DNA from: Haliotis rufescens
Lineage: Eukaryota
Direction of reading: 5' to 3'
Length of the DNA stretch: 64,000 nucleotides
Assembly: GCF_023055435.1 (NCBI RefSeq)
Contig: NW_025964112.1
Location: 54,622,001 to 54,686,000 of the forward strand
The notes beneath the pieces were generated by a model, which had not been told where the DNA came from, searched no databases, and worked only from the letters and a program-made list of their open reading frames with translations. How positions within the stretch are numbered: the stretch's first letter is position 1; the number at the start of each line of letters is the position of its first letter. Positions 1 to 11,758 of this stretch are shown piece after piece. A program made the translations under genes and the position numbers.

Positions 1-355
1 ATCATGTGAGGCGTTTCAGGACGAGACATCAAATCTGTTTTCTGTTGTAAAACATAAACATATCTTAATTGTTTTCATAAGTCATCAGGTCCCTTAAAAA
101 AAAATCCCAGACATCTTTTGGATTTTCTTTTGGGGGCCTTTTTGTCAGAGAGTTCCTACTTCTATGAATTGATCAGGTTACCACTAACTATCAAGTCTAG
201 GGAATAATGATGGCAGTCAACTTAATGTTTCGATAATGACAAGCGGCTAAAACTGTACATGGATAGGTCACAGAATGATATTCAATGTCAGGAATGCCAT
301 CAAACAGGACACTTTAGTATTGGGTGGTGTATATGTATCTCTCTATATTTATATA

Positions 356-740
356 TACTGTAAACAGGGATTTTTTTGCGACCATTTTATTATTGCGAGT
401 TTTGCGAACGAGACTCAATCGCAAAAATTAAAAACGCAAAAATAAGTATAAATAATACATACATACTTTATTCATTGCAACACGTCATCAAATGTTGAAA
501 TCATCAACCAGAACCACAAGTTACTCAATAAGTTAAAAACACAAATGAATGCAGAATGGTCACACAAAACATCACAAATGACAGTGTAAACAGACCAACT
601 CAGTCATGACACTGAGTTGAGTCAATTATCGTATTTGATAATCTCAACACGGCAACTCGCAAAAATATCTCGTCGCAGTATTGTCTTTGGTGTGGTATTC
701 GCAATATTTTAACGGCACAGAAATTAAGCTGTTTACAGTA
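356..740. mobile_element. MITE / non-autonomous Tc1-mariner-type DNA element
   Basis: Terminal inverted repeats TACTGTAAACAG (356-367) and CTGTTTACAGTA (729-740), embedded in TA runs (TA target site); internal TCGCAAAAAT subterminal motifs; no ORF. Confidence 0.7.
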
Positions 741-1177
741 TATATATATCTATATATATCCAGTTGTCTCTATTGTAATAGTGTTGTTTTCATGTTATTC
801 TCTGAGATGAGTCAGAGGTGATTAATTTCTGTAAGATGTCATTTTGAGACAGTTTAGAAGATTCAGTTTTCAATGAAGTTAAATAATTGGATCATTTTGA
901 GCTCTGTCATGTTAAATGTTAATGATTCCAGACAAAATTTTACATTAATTTCTGTATTGCCTGATATTTTAGATCTCAGTCTAAAAGTTGAATGAATGAT
1001 GGAGTTTGGTAGACTTCAGCCAGTTTTCTACTGAAACCAAATCCTGATGTACTTCCCTGGTGAACTCTACTGCATCCCTGAGTTTGGTGCTAGTGACACG
1101 GTCTCCCACACCTAATCATGGGAACCCCCTCTCACAGCTTGTTGCCTTGCCTGCATGTTGTTGCTTTGCTTTGCCAG

Positions 1178-1267
1178 ATTGAGAGTAAGAAACTTGAATG
1201 GAAAACGGAATCCCGAGTTGGCTCCTTGGATAATACGAAGCACGTGGCAGGCGGTGGTGATAAAAAG
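1178..1267 (+). CDS. tau: tau/MAP2/MAP4-family gene, internal exon A (one microtubule-binding repeat: IESKKLEWKTESRVGSLDNTKHVAGGGDKK)
   Basis: Polypyrimidine tract + CAG acceptor (ttgctttgccag), 90 nt phase 0-0, AAG|GTGGGA donor; translation matches the tau repeat pattern SK/RxGSxxNxxHxxGGG. Confidence 0.9.
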
Positions 1268-1436
1268 GTGGGAATGTCATGTAGTGCACCTCTAACTTAG
1301 TGACGTAGTCATCAGAACCGAATATAATCTTATTAACAGCATGATGATCATATACTCTTTCCAAAGGCCACTTGATAAGGAGATGTAAGTGCTATGCTTG
1401 TTTTGAGAACTAGGTAGGAAATAATAATGAGTGTTA

Positions 1437-1717
1437 TGAGTGAGTGAGTGAGTTGGGTTTAACGCCACTTTAACAGTATTCCAGTTATATCACGGTGTGT
1501 CAGCTTCAGTGTGGGAGGAAAGCCCGAAGTGACGCAGGTCTGAGATGTTTACCACTTTGGTGAAACCAAAGAGCACGGGTATGGTGTTAACAAACCTAGA
1601 AACATATTGGGTTGAACCGGGATTCGACCAACAATCATAGGTTTCTGGCGTGCCCAAGGGACGCAACTCTGCACAGCGAAACGCTGCGCCCTAGACGACT
1701 GGTCTACCCGTGCCCCC
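1437..1717 (-). mobile_element. SINE family A (tRNA-Leu/Ser-like head, (CACT)n tail)
   Basis: Reverse complement of the ~275-bp element also found at 10101, 20919, 28063, 46031, 48285 and 57726. Confidence 0.85.
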
Positions 1718-2865
1718 TTATGACGAGTGTAAGTCAGGTCAAGTTATAATAGATGAGTATAACAACATTACTTTAGGAATGAGAGAGTTTGGTTTAACAA
1801 AGCAATGTATATCTGGTATATCATGGCATGTATATCTGGTATATCATGGCATGTCAGCTTCACGTTGGAGGAAAGCCCAAAGCGATGCAGATTTTTGATG
1901 TTTTCAACTTTGGTGAAACCCATCAAGCTATTGTCATATAGCTGGGATATTGCTATGCTAAATGTGGCGTTAAACAACAAATAAGCAAACAAAGAGAATA
2001 AGTACCTGTATCATCAATGTATATTTCCTTTCCTCATTGTGACAAATATAAACGTAAGGAAGAAAATTCCTGAAAAACAATAGAACATGTAAAACCTTAC
2101 AGAAAAATACTCATGTTATGATATTCATCCTTGATTATCTCATGTCATGTGTCCAGGTATTTATCAAGGTGAGATAGGAAACTTTTGACCACAGAGGAAT
2201 GATGGTCCATTTTTTGATCCCAAATTAGTGAGCATTTCAAAAGTTTTAATCAGATAAGATGTTTGATTCTTTTAGTTTTGAGACATTACCCACACGCCCC
2301 CTAAACGTAATTGTGAAAATGTTGACATACTCAAAGAGATTTACAGAAGAAAAAACAGAAATTATAGAATCATTGCATCAATTACATCACAACAGAACAT
2401 TTGGAGCAACATCATCACCCTGAGGAAGAACTAGCCTGGTATTTCTTGTCTTTTAACTCATTTTATCTTCGACAGTGATGCTATTTGTTTTCAGGTAAAG
2501 ACAATGTTTTACTTGAACTGTAAGAACCTTGAAAAGATTCAGAAATTCAGATTTTTATCTGTGTTCAAACTTTAGAACAGTTTCTTGATAATGTCCAAGT
2601 ATCAGCAGCATTAGCACTTACATCACTTGGTAGACATGGCCAGGAATCATGTTGTTTATCATCTTCCATTTCCAAACTCATTGAAACAGTTGACTGATAA
2701 CCTACATTCCATAACCACTTACTTTCAATGATATCATTAACCATCAACTCTCATGTGCTGTAGATGTTCATACTAACATAAAAAGACAGAATGTTGTCTC
2801 CATCACAAATCATCAAACATTCCAGCTTGTTGTCATGCTTGCATGGTGGTGCTTTGCTTTGCCAG

Positions 2866-2955
2866 ATTGAGACTAAGAAACTCGATTGGAAAGTGGAGTC
2901 TCGAGTTGGCTCCATGGATAATGCCAAACATGTTGCAGGCGGTGGTGATATAAAG
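2866..2955 (+). CDS. tau: tau-family internal exon B (IETKKLDWKVESRVGSMDNAKHVAGGGDIK)
   Basis: gctttgctttgccag acceptor, 90 nt phase 0-0, AAG|GTGGGA donor; tau repeat motif; near-duplicate of exon A. Confidence 0.9.
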
Positions 2956-3040
2956 GTGGGAGGTTGTGGTCTTGTGTACATGTGTGCCTCCCTACACACA
3001 CAGCCCATGGAACATACACCAGTATTCCGCAATAACAATA

Positions 3041-3252
3041 GAGTTATCTCCCTTCCAATGAACTCTGATTTGAGTTATCTCCCTTCCAATGATCTCTGTT
3101 TTGAGTTATCTCCCTTCCAATGATCTCTGAATTGAGTTATCTCCCTTCCAATGAACTCTGATTTGAGTTATCTCCCTTCCATTGATCTCTGGTTTGAGTT
3201 ATCTCCCATCCAATGATCTCTGATTTGAGGTATTTCCCTTCCAATGAACTCA
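3041..3252. repeat. ~31-bp minisatellite (GAGTTATCTCCCTTCCAATGA[A/T]CTCTGATTT), ~7 copies
   Basis: Directly visible tandem units just downstream of exon B. Confidence 0.9.
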
Positions 3253-5430
3253 GTGTTGAATGCCCGAATTCATTAAAAATTGAACAGAGAGTGCCCAAAG
3301 CATACTGAGTCTTTGATGGCAGTACATGAGTGAAATGAGATGAAATGAGATGAAGATGGTGTACTTTATGGGCAGTGCTGGTGTAGCTTGAGGCGGCATC
3401 CATGTTGTGACAGGCATGATTTGTCAGAATGCCTCTAAGTTGTCTTCTGTTGTTTCAGCGGAGTGTAAGTACCATGAGTGTTTAGATACTCGATATGCTC
3501 TTTTCGAAAAAGGTATCAGGTATTAGTCTTCGAAACTGGATCTATTTTATTAGATCACACAGCACAAAAATTCATCATTTTCTTTCTTTCAGAATAATTG
3601 AAAATGAGCTTTTTGCGTTTATTTTTCCCATGTTAAGATTGAAAGCCACAAATAAGAGTGGAGTTCTGAATCAAAAGTCAGGTCATTTGACAATGCTTAC
3701 CACACTCCAAGAGGGGGAGAAAAGAAGGTAACAGTTTTGTCACCATGGTAACCAACACATCATCATGATTATGTCAACACTTTGTTCTACATGTTTGTAA
3801 CACTGTTATGTTTTTACTTATGATCCATGTGCTAGAGGAGAGTTTATGTCTATTCTTACCTCAGTTGTCATGTGATAGACCCAGTCAGTCTCTGTATCTC
3901 ACCCTTACTTAAACTCTAAACACATCATTTTGCATTTTGCTAAGTCACATTAGATATTCTTTTATTCTTTTATTATTTTTTAAATCATTCAAATTATGAT
4001 CGTTGCAACATATTCATTAACAATAAAATATTAGCTGTTATGTTTAAAAAAAGTTAGGCAAATGAAAAAGGGATAAAAATGAAACTTAGTTCTATTTGGC
4101 ATGGAGTGGTTAATGCTTCCATAAATGCCTAAGGGAGGTAACTCCCTGAGGTTTTATGTAGTCAAGTTAGGCATCCTGGAAGCAGTGTGTTGACACGTTG
4201 CTTGGCCTAGTAGCCAGGCATACGGCCACCTGCCTTCAATGTGAGGGATGGAATCAACTGTGTGCAATAATTCATAAAACTAACCAGAGGTATATAGAAT
4301 TCATTCACCTTGTGAACACGATATATTTCATTAGAAGTTTTACTCTTTAGGAAAATCATTGAAGAATCTGGATGCAAAGACGTAGATTTTTGTCGAGATT
4401 TGACGAATTTCAAACTAAATGGAAGTTAGTAAGCATAAATTATCTGCAGCAAATGTACCAAGCATTATGAGATATGCCTTAAGGGGAACCTTAATTATGT
4501 TGTTTTTTGCTTCTTTATGAACTGTAAGTGAAATATACAACCTGTTATTAGTTTCCAGCATGCATTGGTTTGTTTCATGAAAACATTACATTTCCCTTTC
4601 AAAATGTCACGACTCTTGTCATTACTAATGGATGTAAGCCACCTACCACAGCTTGCATATATGCCTGTACATATAGAGATGGATAGCGATGCAGGTCATT
4701 TTCTAATTTCTCAAATTTTATACTATTTATATTTTTACTGTTTAGTGGTGATATTGAATATGGTAATACAAAAACGTTAGTAGATATGGTAATTTTTATG
4801 TAGAATTAACGTGATGTGTCTTTTTTTCCCAGTTTTTATGATGCTGATATATACCTTCAACTATTTCAATTATAACAATTACGCAATTCTGATTATCAAA
4901 GTTTATTATTATTAGGTAGTATTTATGTTTATACAAACTTTTTTTTATGAGTAATTGCTGTTATTTCTTGAACGTGTATAGATATTTTGTATGTATGGTT
5001 CTCGTTTATTGTGTGACTGCATGTAAAGTGCTTGCTCAGCATCTAATATAGTCTGTGTGGTTACTAACTTTGTGTGAATATCTAATAAAATTCAAATACG
5101 TCTATGGTCCTATAATAAAAATAGAATTCCCTTAGATAACAATGCCAAGCTACAACTGACATTGTCAGATTTGTAATTATTTATATTAATTCAAAAATAT
5201 TTAAATTATTGCAAATAAATTCTGGCTCACTTTTTTTGTATTAAGTTGAAATGTGTAATGCTAACAATAATGCTTTTTCTTTTGGTTTTTGCCAAAATCA
5301 CAAACAAATCTTAAGTCGAATATGTTTTCTGCAACATGTTCCTTTTTCTTGTGAGTAGGATAACACCGAGACAGATTGATATTTCTTCCAATTTTCTTAC
5401 AGTATTTATCTCCCTTTGTTCCAATGCTAG

Positions 5431-5520
5431 ATAGTTTCTGAGAAACTGGATTGGAAAGTCAATTCAGGACTTGGTTACCTGGAAAATGCAAAGCATTCGC
5501 CCGGAGGTCATAAAGTCAAA
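5431..5520 (+). CDS. tau: tau-family internal exon C (IVSEKLDWKVNSGLGYLENAKHSPGGHKVK), divergent repeat
   Basis: ctccctttgttccaatgctag acceptor, exactly 90 nt phase 0-0, AAA|GTAATG donor; KLDWK...NAKHSPGG motif. Not in the ORF track. Confidence 0.85.
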
Positions 5521-6571
5521 GTAATGTTGCATCAGCCATGTTGTATGTATTCACTGCTTTTTGCCTCGTCATGTGCACATTAAATAGCTGTTGCAAGTTG
5601 TCTTACTCGTAATTTTTAAAATTAAATTATTTTGAAAAGACTGTTTTTTTAATATTTTCATCAAACATTTTACAAAAAAAGTTGAAAACATTAATGATTT
5701 TTTTAAGCCTTTTTTTTAATTTGTATTTCTATAAAAATTATCTTTCCTTTTAGAAATAATGAATAAATCATATTGTAGTATAGAGAATAGGTTCCATGAC
5801 TGAGGTGACAAGACATCTATTTAATCCCTGCACTGTATAGAGAGGTATATGGATTAACAAGGTAAGGTTAGAGTACATGAGTGTGGGTGTAAGTGCACGG
5901 GTTTGTGTCCCGTAGTGATGCTAGTAGAAACTGATGATGAGGAATGAAAAACCTGATGTTTGTAACTCCTCCCAAGGATTATGTGAAAACATTTAAAGTG
6001 CTGCAAGTATCTCCGATGTTTTGGCCACTAAAAAGTGATTGGTCAGGAGACAAAGTATATATTTCAAACTAACACTGAGTTATGTGCTTGCAAAAATATA
6101 AATAATGGTATTTGACCAAAAATAATTTAGAAAAAAATATTGAGGAGCATCCTTAATCCTAATCCATCATCATACAGAAAATTAATGAAGAATTTGATGA
6201 CATGACAACATTATTAAAAACAAATTATTCTGAGATTTGCTTCGAGTCTTTTGGTATATTCTGCTTTTCTGTTGTCTTTGCTCATTTTGGCACTATTTCT
6301 AACCTGTTAAAATGGTAAGTGGACTGATTTTATTTGCTTCAAAACATTTGCTGCCTCCATGAAATTTGAAATTGGTGAATTACAAACAAATAACATCCTC
6401 AGTCACCGTAGATGAAGTGCAGCTCATGGACGTGGTGAAGAAAGACAGGAAGGAGTGTATCCTCAGACACTGTCTTGACATGCATGTCTGTGTGGACCAC
6501 GCCCGTCGCTAGGCAACTTGCTCCACCACCTCAATTGGCCTTGTGTAATATCCTTTTCATTTGTTTCATAG

Positions 6572-6661
6572 ATTGTTAACGAGAAAGTAGAATTCAAGGC
6601 CGAGTCGAAGGTGGGGTCGCTGAAGAATGTCAAGCATTCACCAGGAGGAGGCGAGAAAGTG
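6572..6661 (+). CDS. tau: tau-family internal exon D (IVNEKVEFKAESKVGSLKNVKHSPGGGEKV)
   Basis: ccttttcatttgtttcatag acceptor, 90 nt phase 0-0, GTG|GTATGT donor; canonical SKVGS and PGGG motifs. Confidence 0.92.
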
Positions 6662-7261
6662 GTATGTTAACTTCTTTGTGTCAAGGGAGTGTTTGTTTGT
6701 TTGTTTGTTTTGTGTCACACTCAATAATCCTGCTACATCACTGTGTCCTGTGAATAATTTAGTGTCCGCACAAACCAGTGATTAATATTATGAGGAACCT
6801 CACACGCGGTTGGGGTACGATTACAGACAATCATCCAAGTCACGGAACCTGACTACCCAATCACATTTAAGGAAGAGAATTTATGGATGTCAGCTTCTTT
6901 ATGATGAGGAACACAATATTTCAGTGTATCTTGCTATTCCTTCATCCATTCATCTGTAGGAGTAAGCATATACTCCGAAAGGTTGTGTTCCTTATAATAA
7001 AGAAGTTGACATCCATAAATTATTTTCCTTGTAAACGTGTATCACTTCTAAATGCCTTTCAAAGACTCAATCACATTTAGTTGTCTCTTGTTGCAGAGGT
7101 GTAGAGATTATTCATGAATTTACATATTTGATACATGAAGATGCCACAACGTATCGGGTTTGGCAGGTTCAAATATGATGTCATGACATAATCATGCTAT
7201 TACACTTGACGTCATTTTGTAATAATACAGAACATTGTAGCATTTATGCATTGCAAAATAC

Positions 7262-7371
7262 TGAAGATCCGGGGTAGAATAGGTCTTCAGCAACCCATGC
7301 ATGCCGTAACAGGCGACTATGTTTGTCATAAGAGGCGACTCACGGTATGCTACCCTGGATCTTCACAGGTC
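7262..7371. mobile_element. Family D retroposon 5' fragment followed by an inverted second head
   Basis: TGAAGATCCGGGGTAGAATAGGTCTTCAGCAACCC...AAGAGGCGACT on +, then the reverse complement of the same head (TACCCTGGATCTTCACAGGTC). Confidence 0.65.
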
Positions 7372-8394
7372 AGAAACATGTATGCAATTGGTTAGCAAAC
7401 TAAATACCATGGAATCACTGGTAATTTATGTATTATCATAACACACACAATAGTTACTGTTTGATGTTTGATTTTTGAATGTGCCCTGAAGATACATACA
7501 GTCTAGGAATCATCCAACAGATGACATCTTGGTCCTCCAGACAGACAAGGTGTCAATCTGCTGATCAAAGAGTCCATGTCCAGATCCTATTACAGAACCT
7601 CCAAATATATGGGTCCAATATAAACTCTGAAACAGTTTATTTCGAATGTTACGATGTGTGAATGAGTATGGTTGTGCACTGATTTTACTGATATTTCAAC
7701 ACTATACTACAGGGCACACCAGAAATAGGCTTCACACTTTGTACCCATGTGGCAAATCGAATCTTCGGCACAACAAGTGAATGATTTGACCACTAAAAGA
7801 TATGAATAAACGAAACTTGGTATAGATGAGGGTAAATATTTGGACATCGCTTTCGCATATTTTCCACAAGCCCTACAGTGGCATTGATAGGATATTTGAC
7901 ATGATCAAGTCAGCTGTGATCTATGACTATGACTATACAGGAATATCTCCTCTACTTCAAACTGATTCCTATCCAAGCAAACAGCCCTTGATCCACCCTG
8001 CATCAAACATTTATTACAACATAGATTATTTGTCATGTAAATCATCAACCTGGTATTAACGCCTTTGTCTGGATCAGCAAGTCCGGATGCAAACATGGCG
8101 TACCTGATACGCATAACAAGAAAGAAATTTATGGCGCTGGAGAATGTTTCCATGATATTTGCCATGTCCCTACACATGCGAGGGAGAGTATGGATATATT
8201 GTCGGTCATAAACAATACTTGTTGCTCTATCGGGTTGCTATTGGTGCCTACAAGCAAGCGATTCATGTGGAAGTTTCCATGTCAGCCCAAACTGTCACTT
8301 GAACTGAAGTGACAAGTTGAAGAGTATTTATTTATGAATTTATGTCTTTGTGGAAAAAAGGAACCTTTTCAAATTGGTTGGGTCAGTTAGTAAG

Positions 8395-8748
8395 TGAGTG
8401 TGTGCATTAGTGGGTAGGCAGGTGTTTGTGAGTGAGTGAGTGAGTGTTTGGGTGGGTGAGGGAGTGAGTGAGTGTTTGGGTGAGTGAGTGAGTGAATGAG
8501 TGTTGAGGTGGGTGAGTGAGTGTTTAGGTGGGTGAGTGTTTGGGTGGGTGGGTGAGTGAGTGAGTGAGTGTTTTGGTGAGTGAGTGAGTGAGTGTTGAGG
8601 TGGGTGAGTGAGTGTTTGGGTGGGTGAGTGAGTGAGTGTTTTGGTGAGTGAGTGAGTGAGTGAGTGTTTTGGTGGGTGAGTGGGTGAGTGAGTGAGTGTT
8701 TTGGTGGGTGAGTGAGTGAATGAGTGTTTGGGTGAGTGAGTGAGTGGG
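8395..8748. repeat. (GAGT/GGGT)n compound microsatellite, expanded SINE tail
   Basis: Visible tetranucleotide array running into a decayed minus-strand family B SINE body (GGCTTCACACATTTTACCCATGTGGGCAATCGAA). Confidence 0.85.
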
Positions 8749-9516
8749 TTTTTTATACCATTTTTAGAAACAGGCTTCACACATTTTACCCATGTGGGCA
8801 ATCGAAGAGAGATTTAGCATGACAGTTTTTTATGATGAATTTTAAAAAGCTTATGTATCATGAGATTAATATTGCATGATGGTAATTTATTGAGGGTTTT
8901 AGTGAGAATAAATAGGGAGACAACTCATGACATAGGACAGGTGCTTGAAAGAATTACACATGGGGGGGGCAGAACGACACTTAACAGTCATTTACTGTGA
9001 AATTATTGCAATAATTGTATGATTTTCACAACAAGAAAAACACATTGGTGTGTTCATAAGGACATGGACAAGCAGTTATGAAAGAGGGTCTAAATAAATA
9101 TGTTTATTTGGGGACAATAAACGCAATCAGATTAAAAAGTTCAGCCTCTATCATGATAACCATTCCCTTTTGTAGCCGGTTTGTGTTTACCCTATCAGAA
9201 GTCAGTATCTCCTACAGTGTAGTGTGTAGTGGTGTATTGATCAGGTAGTACATTATCCCAATATCTGCCCTAGATGAAACACTGGTGGGCTAATCAGTAT
9301 GCAGGTGCTAACAGGAGCACTATTGACAGGTGTGTTAATTACACCTGACCAAAATAACTGAACCTTATATGTGAAGATAATATTCCTGTAGGTAGATGGT
9401 GCATGGAATACTACTTTCCTGCTCTGAGTATGTAAGTTAAGACATGATAATATAGGTTAAAGCAAAGACGTATATATATACAATACGTCTTTGGTTAAAG
9501 ATTCAAAGATTCAGAT

Positions 9517-9665
9517 TACAGTAAACTACGGTTATAACAAACTCAAAGGGACTACTAATTTTAGTTCGTTATAACCGTACAGCAAATAGTCGGGACCAAA
9601 AAAGTAAGTTCGTTATATCCGTCAGTTCGTTATAAGCGTGTTCCTTATAACCGTAGTTTACTGTA
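9517..9665. mobile_element. pogo/Tigger-type MITE
   Basis: TA-CAGTAAACTACGGTTATAA ... TTATAACCGTAGTTTACTG-TA inverted termini; CAGT ends and TA target duplication. Confidence 0.85.
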
Positions 9666-9935
9666 TTTTGGAGTATTTTTTTTATTTAAGATGTGTTAAA
9701 AATCGTGAGGGCCATAATTCAGTTTAAATTGATTTTGACTTTATGAAGATTTGATATGTAAAGAAATGGAGGGTAATATAGTTGTCTTGGTTTAGGCATA
9801 TGTAATTAGGAGTGAGTGAATGAGGGAGGGCGGAAGGGAGGGAGTATGGTTTTACACTGCTTTTAGAAATATTCTAGAATATCACGGTGGGGGACACCAG
9901 AAATAGGCATCACCTATGAAGTTATGTAGTTAATA

Positions 9936-10066
9936 TATACCACTCAAAAGAAGTTAAGGATCACCTGATTCTTTCATATCACTATAGTTAATCTCTCATG
10001 TCATGACAGATTAACTTTACCATTATGAAAGAATCGGGTGATCCTTAACTTCTTTTGAGTAGTATA
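9936..10066. mobile_element. Fold-back Tc1-type MITE (~130-bp near-perfect hairpin)
   Basis: TATACCACTCAAAAGAAGTTAAGGATCACCTGATTCTTTCATA ... TATGAAAGAATCGGGTGATCCTTAACTTCTTTTGAGTAGTATA. Confidence 0.85.
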
Positions 10067-10100
10067 CATTATAACTAAACTCTCTTGTTCTTCAGTGGAG

Positions 10101-10365
10101 GGGGCACGGGTGGCCCAGTCCTCAAATTTGCCGCGAATTGCGTCCCTTGGCCACGCCAGAAACCTATGAATGTGGGTTTGAATCCCGGTTCACCCCGATT
10201 ATGTTTCTTGGTTTATCAGCACCATACCCGTGCTCGTGGGTTTCACTGAAGTGGTAAACGTCTGAGACCTGCATCACTTCGGGCTTTCCTCCCACATTCA
10301 GCTGACATGCGGTGATATAACTGGAATAATGTTAAAAGCGGCGTTAAACCCAACTCACTCACTCA
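10101..10365 (+). mobile_element. SINE family A, full length
   Basis: GGGGCACGGGTGGCCCAGT head, (CACT)n tail, 11-bp TSD CTTCAGTGGAG (10090-10100 / 10366-10376). Confidence 0.92.
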
Positions 10366-11758
10366 CTTCAGTGGAGATTCAGCATTTAGGGTTACAAGAA
10401 GAAGAATGCATTTGATCATATCTATGCCAATGGTGTATGGTCTCAGATATTATAATTGTTATCCCAGCTTTAGAAGTCTGTACTAAATATGTTAAGCTGA
10501 ATGTATCACGTTTATGGATGTTAACTTCTTTAAATTTAGTAAGCAGTTTTCCATGTAGGTTTTCATACCTTTATTAAATAAATGTCAACTCTTCACAGAA
10601 ACTCATTCACTGAAATGCATTGGTTTGACAGTGAAGATGAAATAATATAAACTGAAATCCCTTGCTTGCTTTGCTTGGCCAAGGTGTATGAATCTCCTTG
10701 TACCAAGTCTCACATGCAGTAACACAGATGCTGGCAACGTCCCGTGCTACACCCATACCTTAACATCCAAAGTACAACCCAGAGAAACTCGAGGAAGAAA
10801 TATTTGAAAACCATGAAATATAGTATGTTTAAAAGAGAAATGTTTTGAAAAACATTTATGTATATATATATAACATGCCAGGCAAAAGAAAGTATACAGC
10901 CATGTCTGACAGTGGATAGAAATGAAAAAACAAGAAATGGTTATTCAATGTATTTCATACGGATGTCATAGTTGTGTTTTAAACCTTTAGTTTGTTAGAT
11001 TTCAGTAACATTGGAATTTCTGTTGTCAAACTCAGTTTTCAAGTGTATAATTTGTTCTATCCAGCAGTTTATATGAAAAATATCCATAATTGTTTAGTGC
11101 ATATGTAATAAATAACAAAATAACAATGTTACTTTGATGTTGAACAAAATCTCTAAAATAATGTCCATAATTGCTTGGTACATACGTACAAATTATAGTC
11201 CTCTATATGTCATGTTAATATCCCTGCCGGTTGCAAGTAAGCATGTATAAAATTCCAATCCTGACTCTTATCACTAATCGGCTTATTAATCAATCTCTGA
11301 TCATTGTGCTCCAGGTGACCTAGCTTGCCTTCAGCAGGTGAAGGACTGTACTTGCTAGCATGCAACTGCAAATGTTTTATTGTAATCTGCAGTCAGATTG
11401 TTATCAAGGAATTAAAGCAGTAAGGCACAAAATCTCTTCCACGACCCACAGAGTCACAGGAGGTCTAATTCTGGCTGAAACATTTGCAGTCAACACTGTA
11501 CAGGGGGTCCAGGGGGTCTTCGGAGTCGCCATTGATGTGATAGGTATTGCAGTACATCTGTCATTAATACATTATATGTTTAGATGACAGTGTTCAGAAT
11601 ACCTGTTTTCCCAATCGTCCGAGATGGGCTGTTTTTGTATTGGACAGTCAATTATTAAAAAAATTATAAGTTTTAAAACATGCACATCCTATGATCTGGC
11701 TGTTTTTTTTATGGATTTATTTGATAAGATAAAGCTTATGACCTTATATCATGTATGT

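Noticed and set aside
1118-3123. ORF-track calls 1118-1300 and 2791-3123 as stand-alone small proteins
   Set aside because: Only the central 90 nt of each is tau-like and bounded by AG/GT; the rest is intron read in frame.
8340-8801. 153-aa THSP-rich ORF
   Set aside because: Translation of a (CACT/CACC)n microsatellite.
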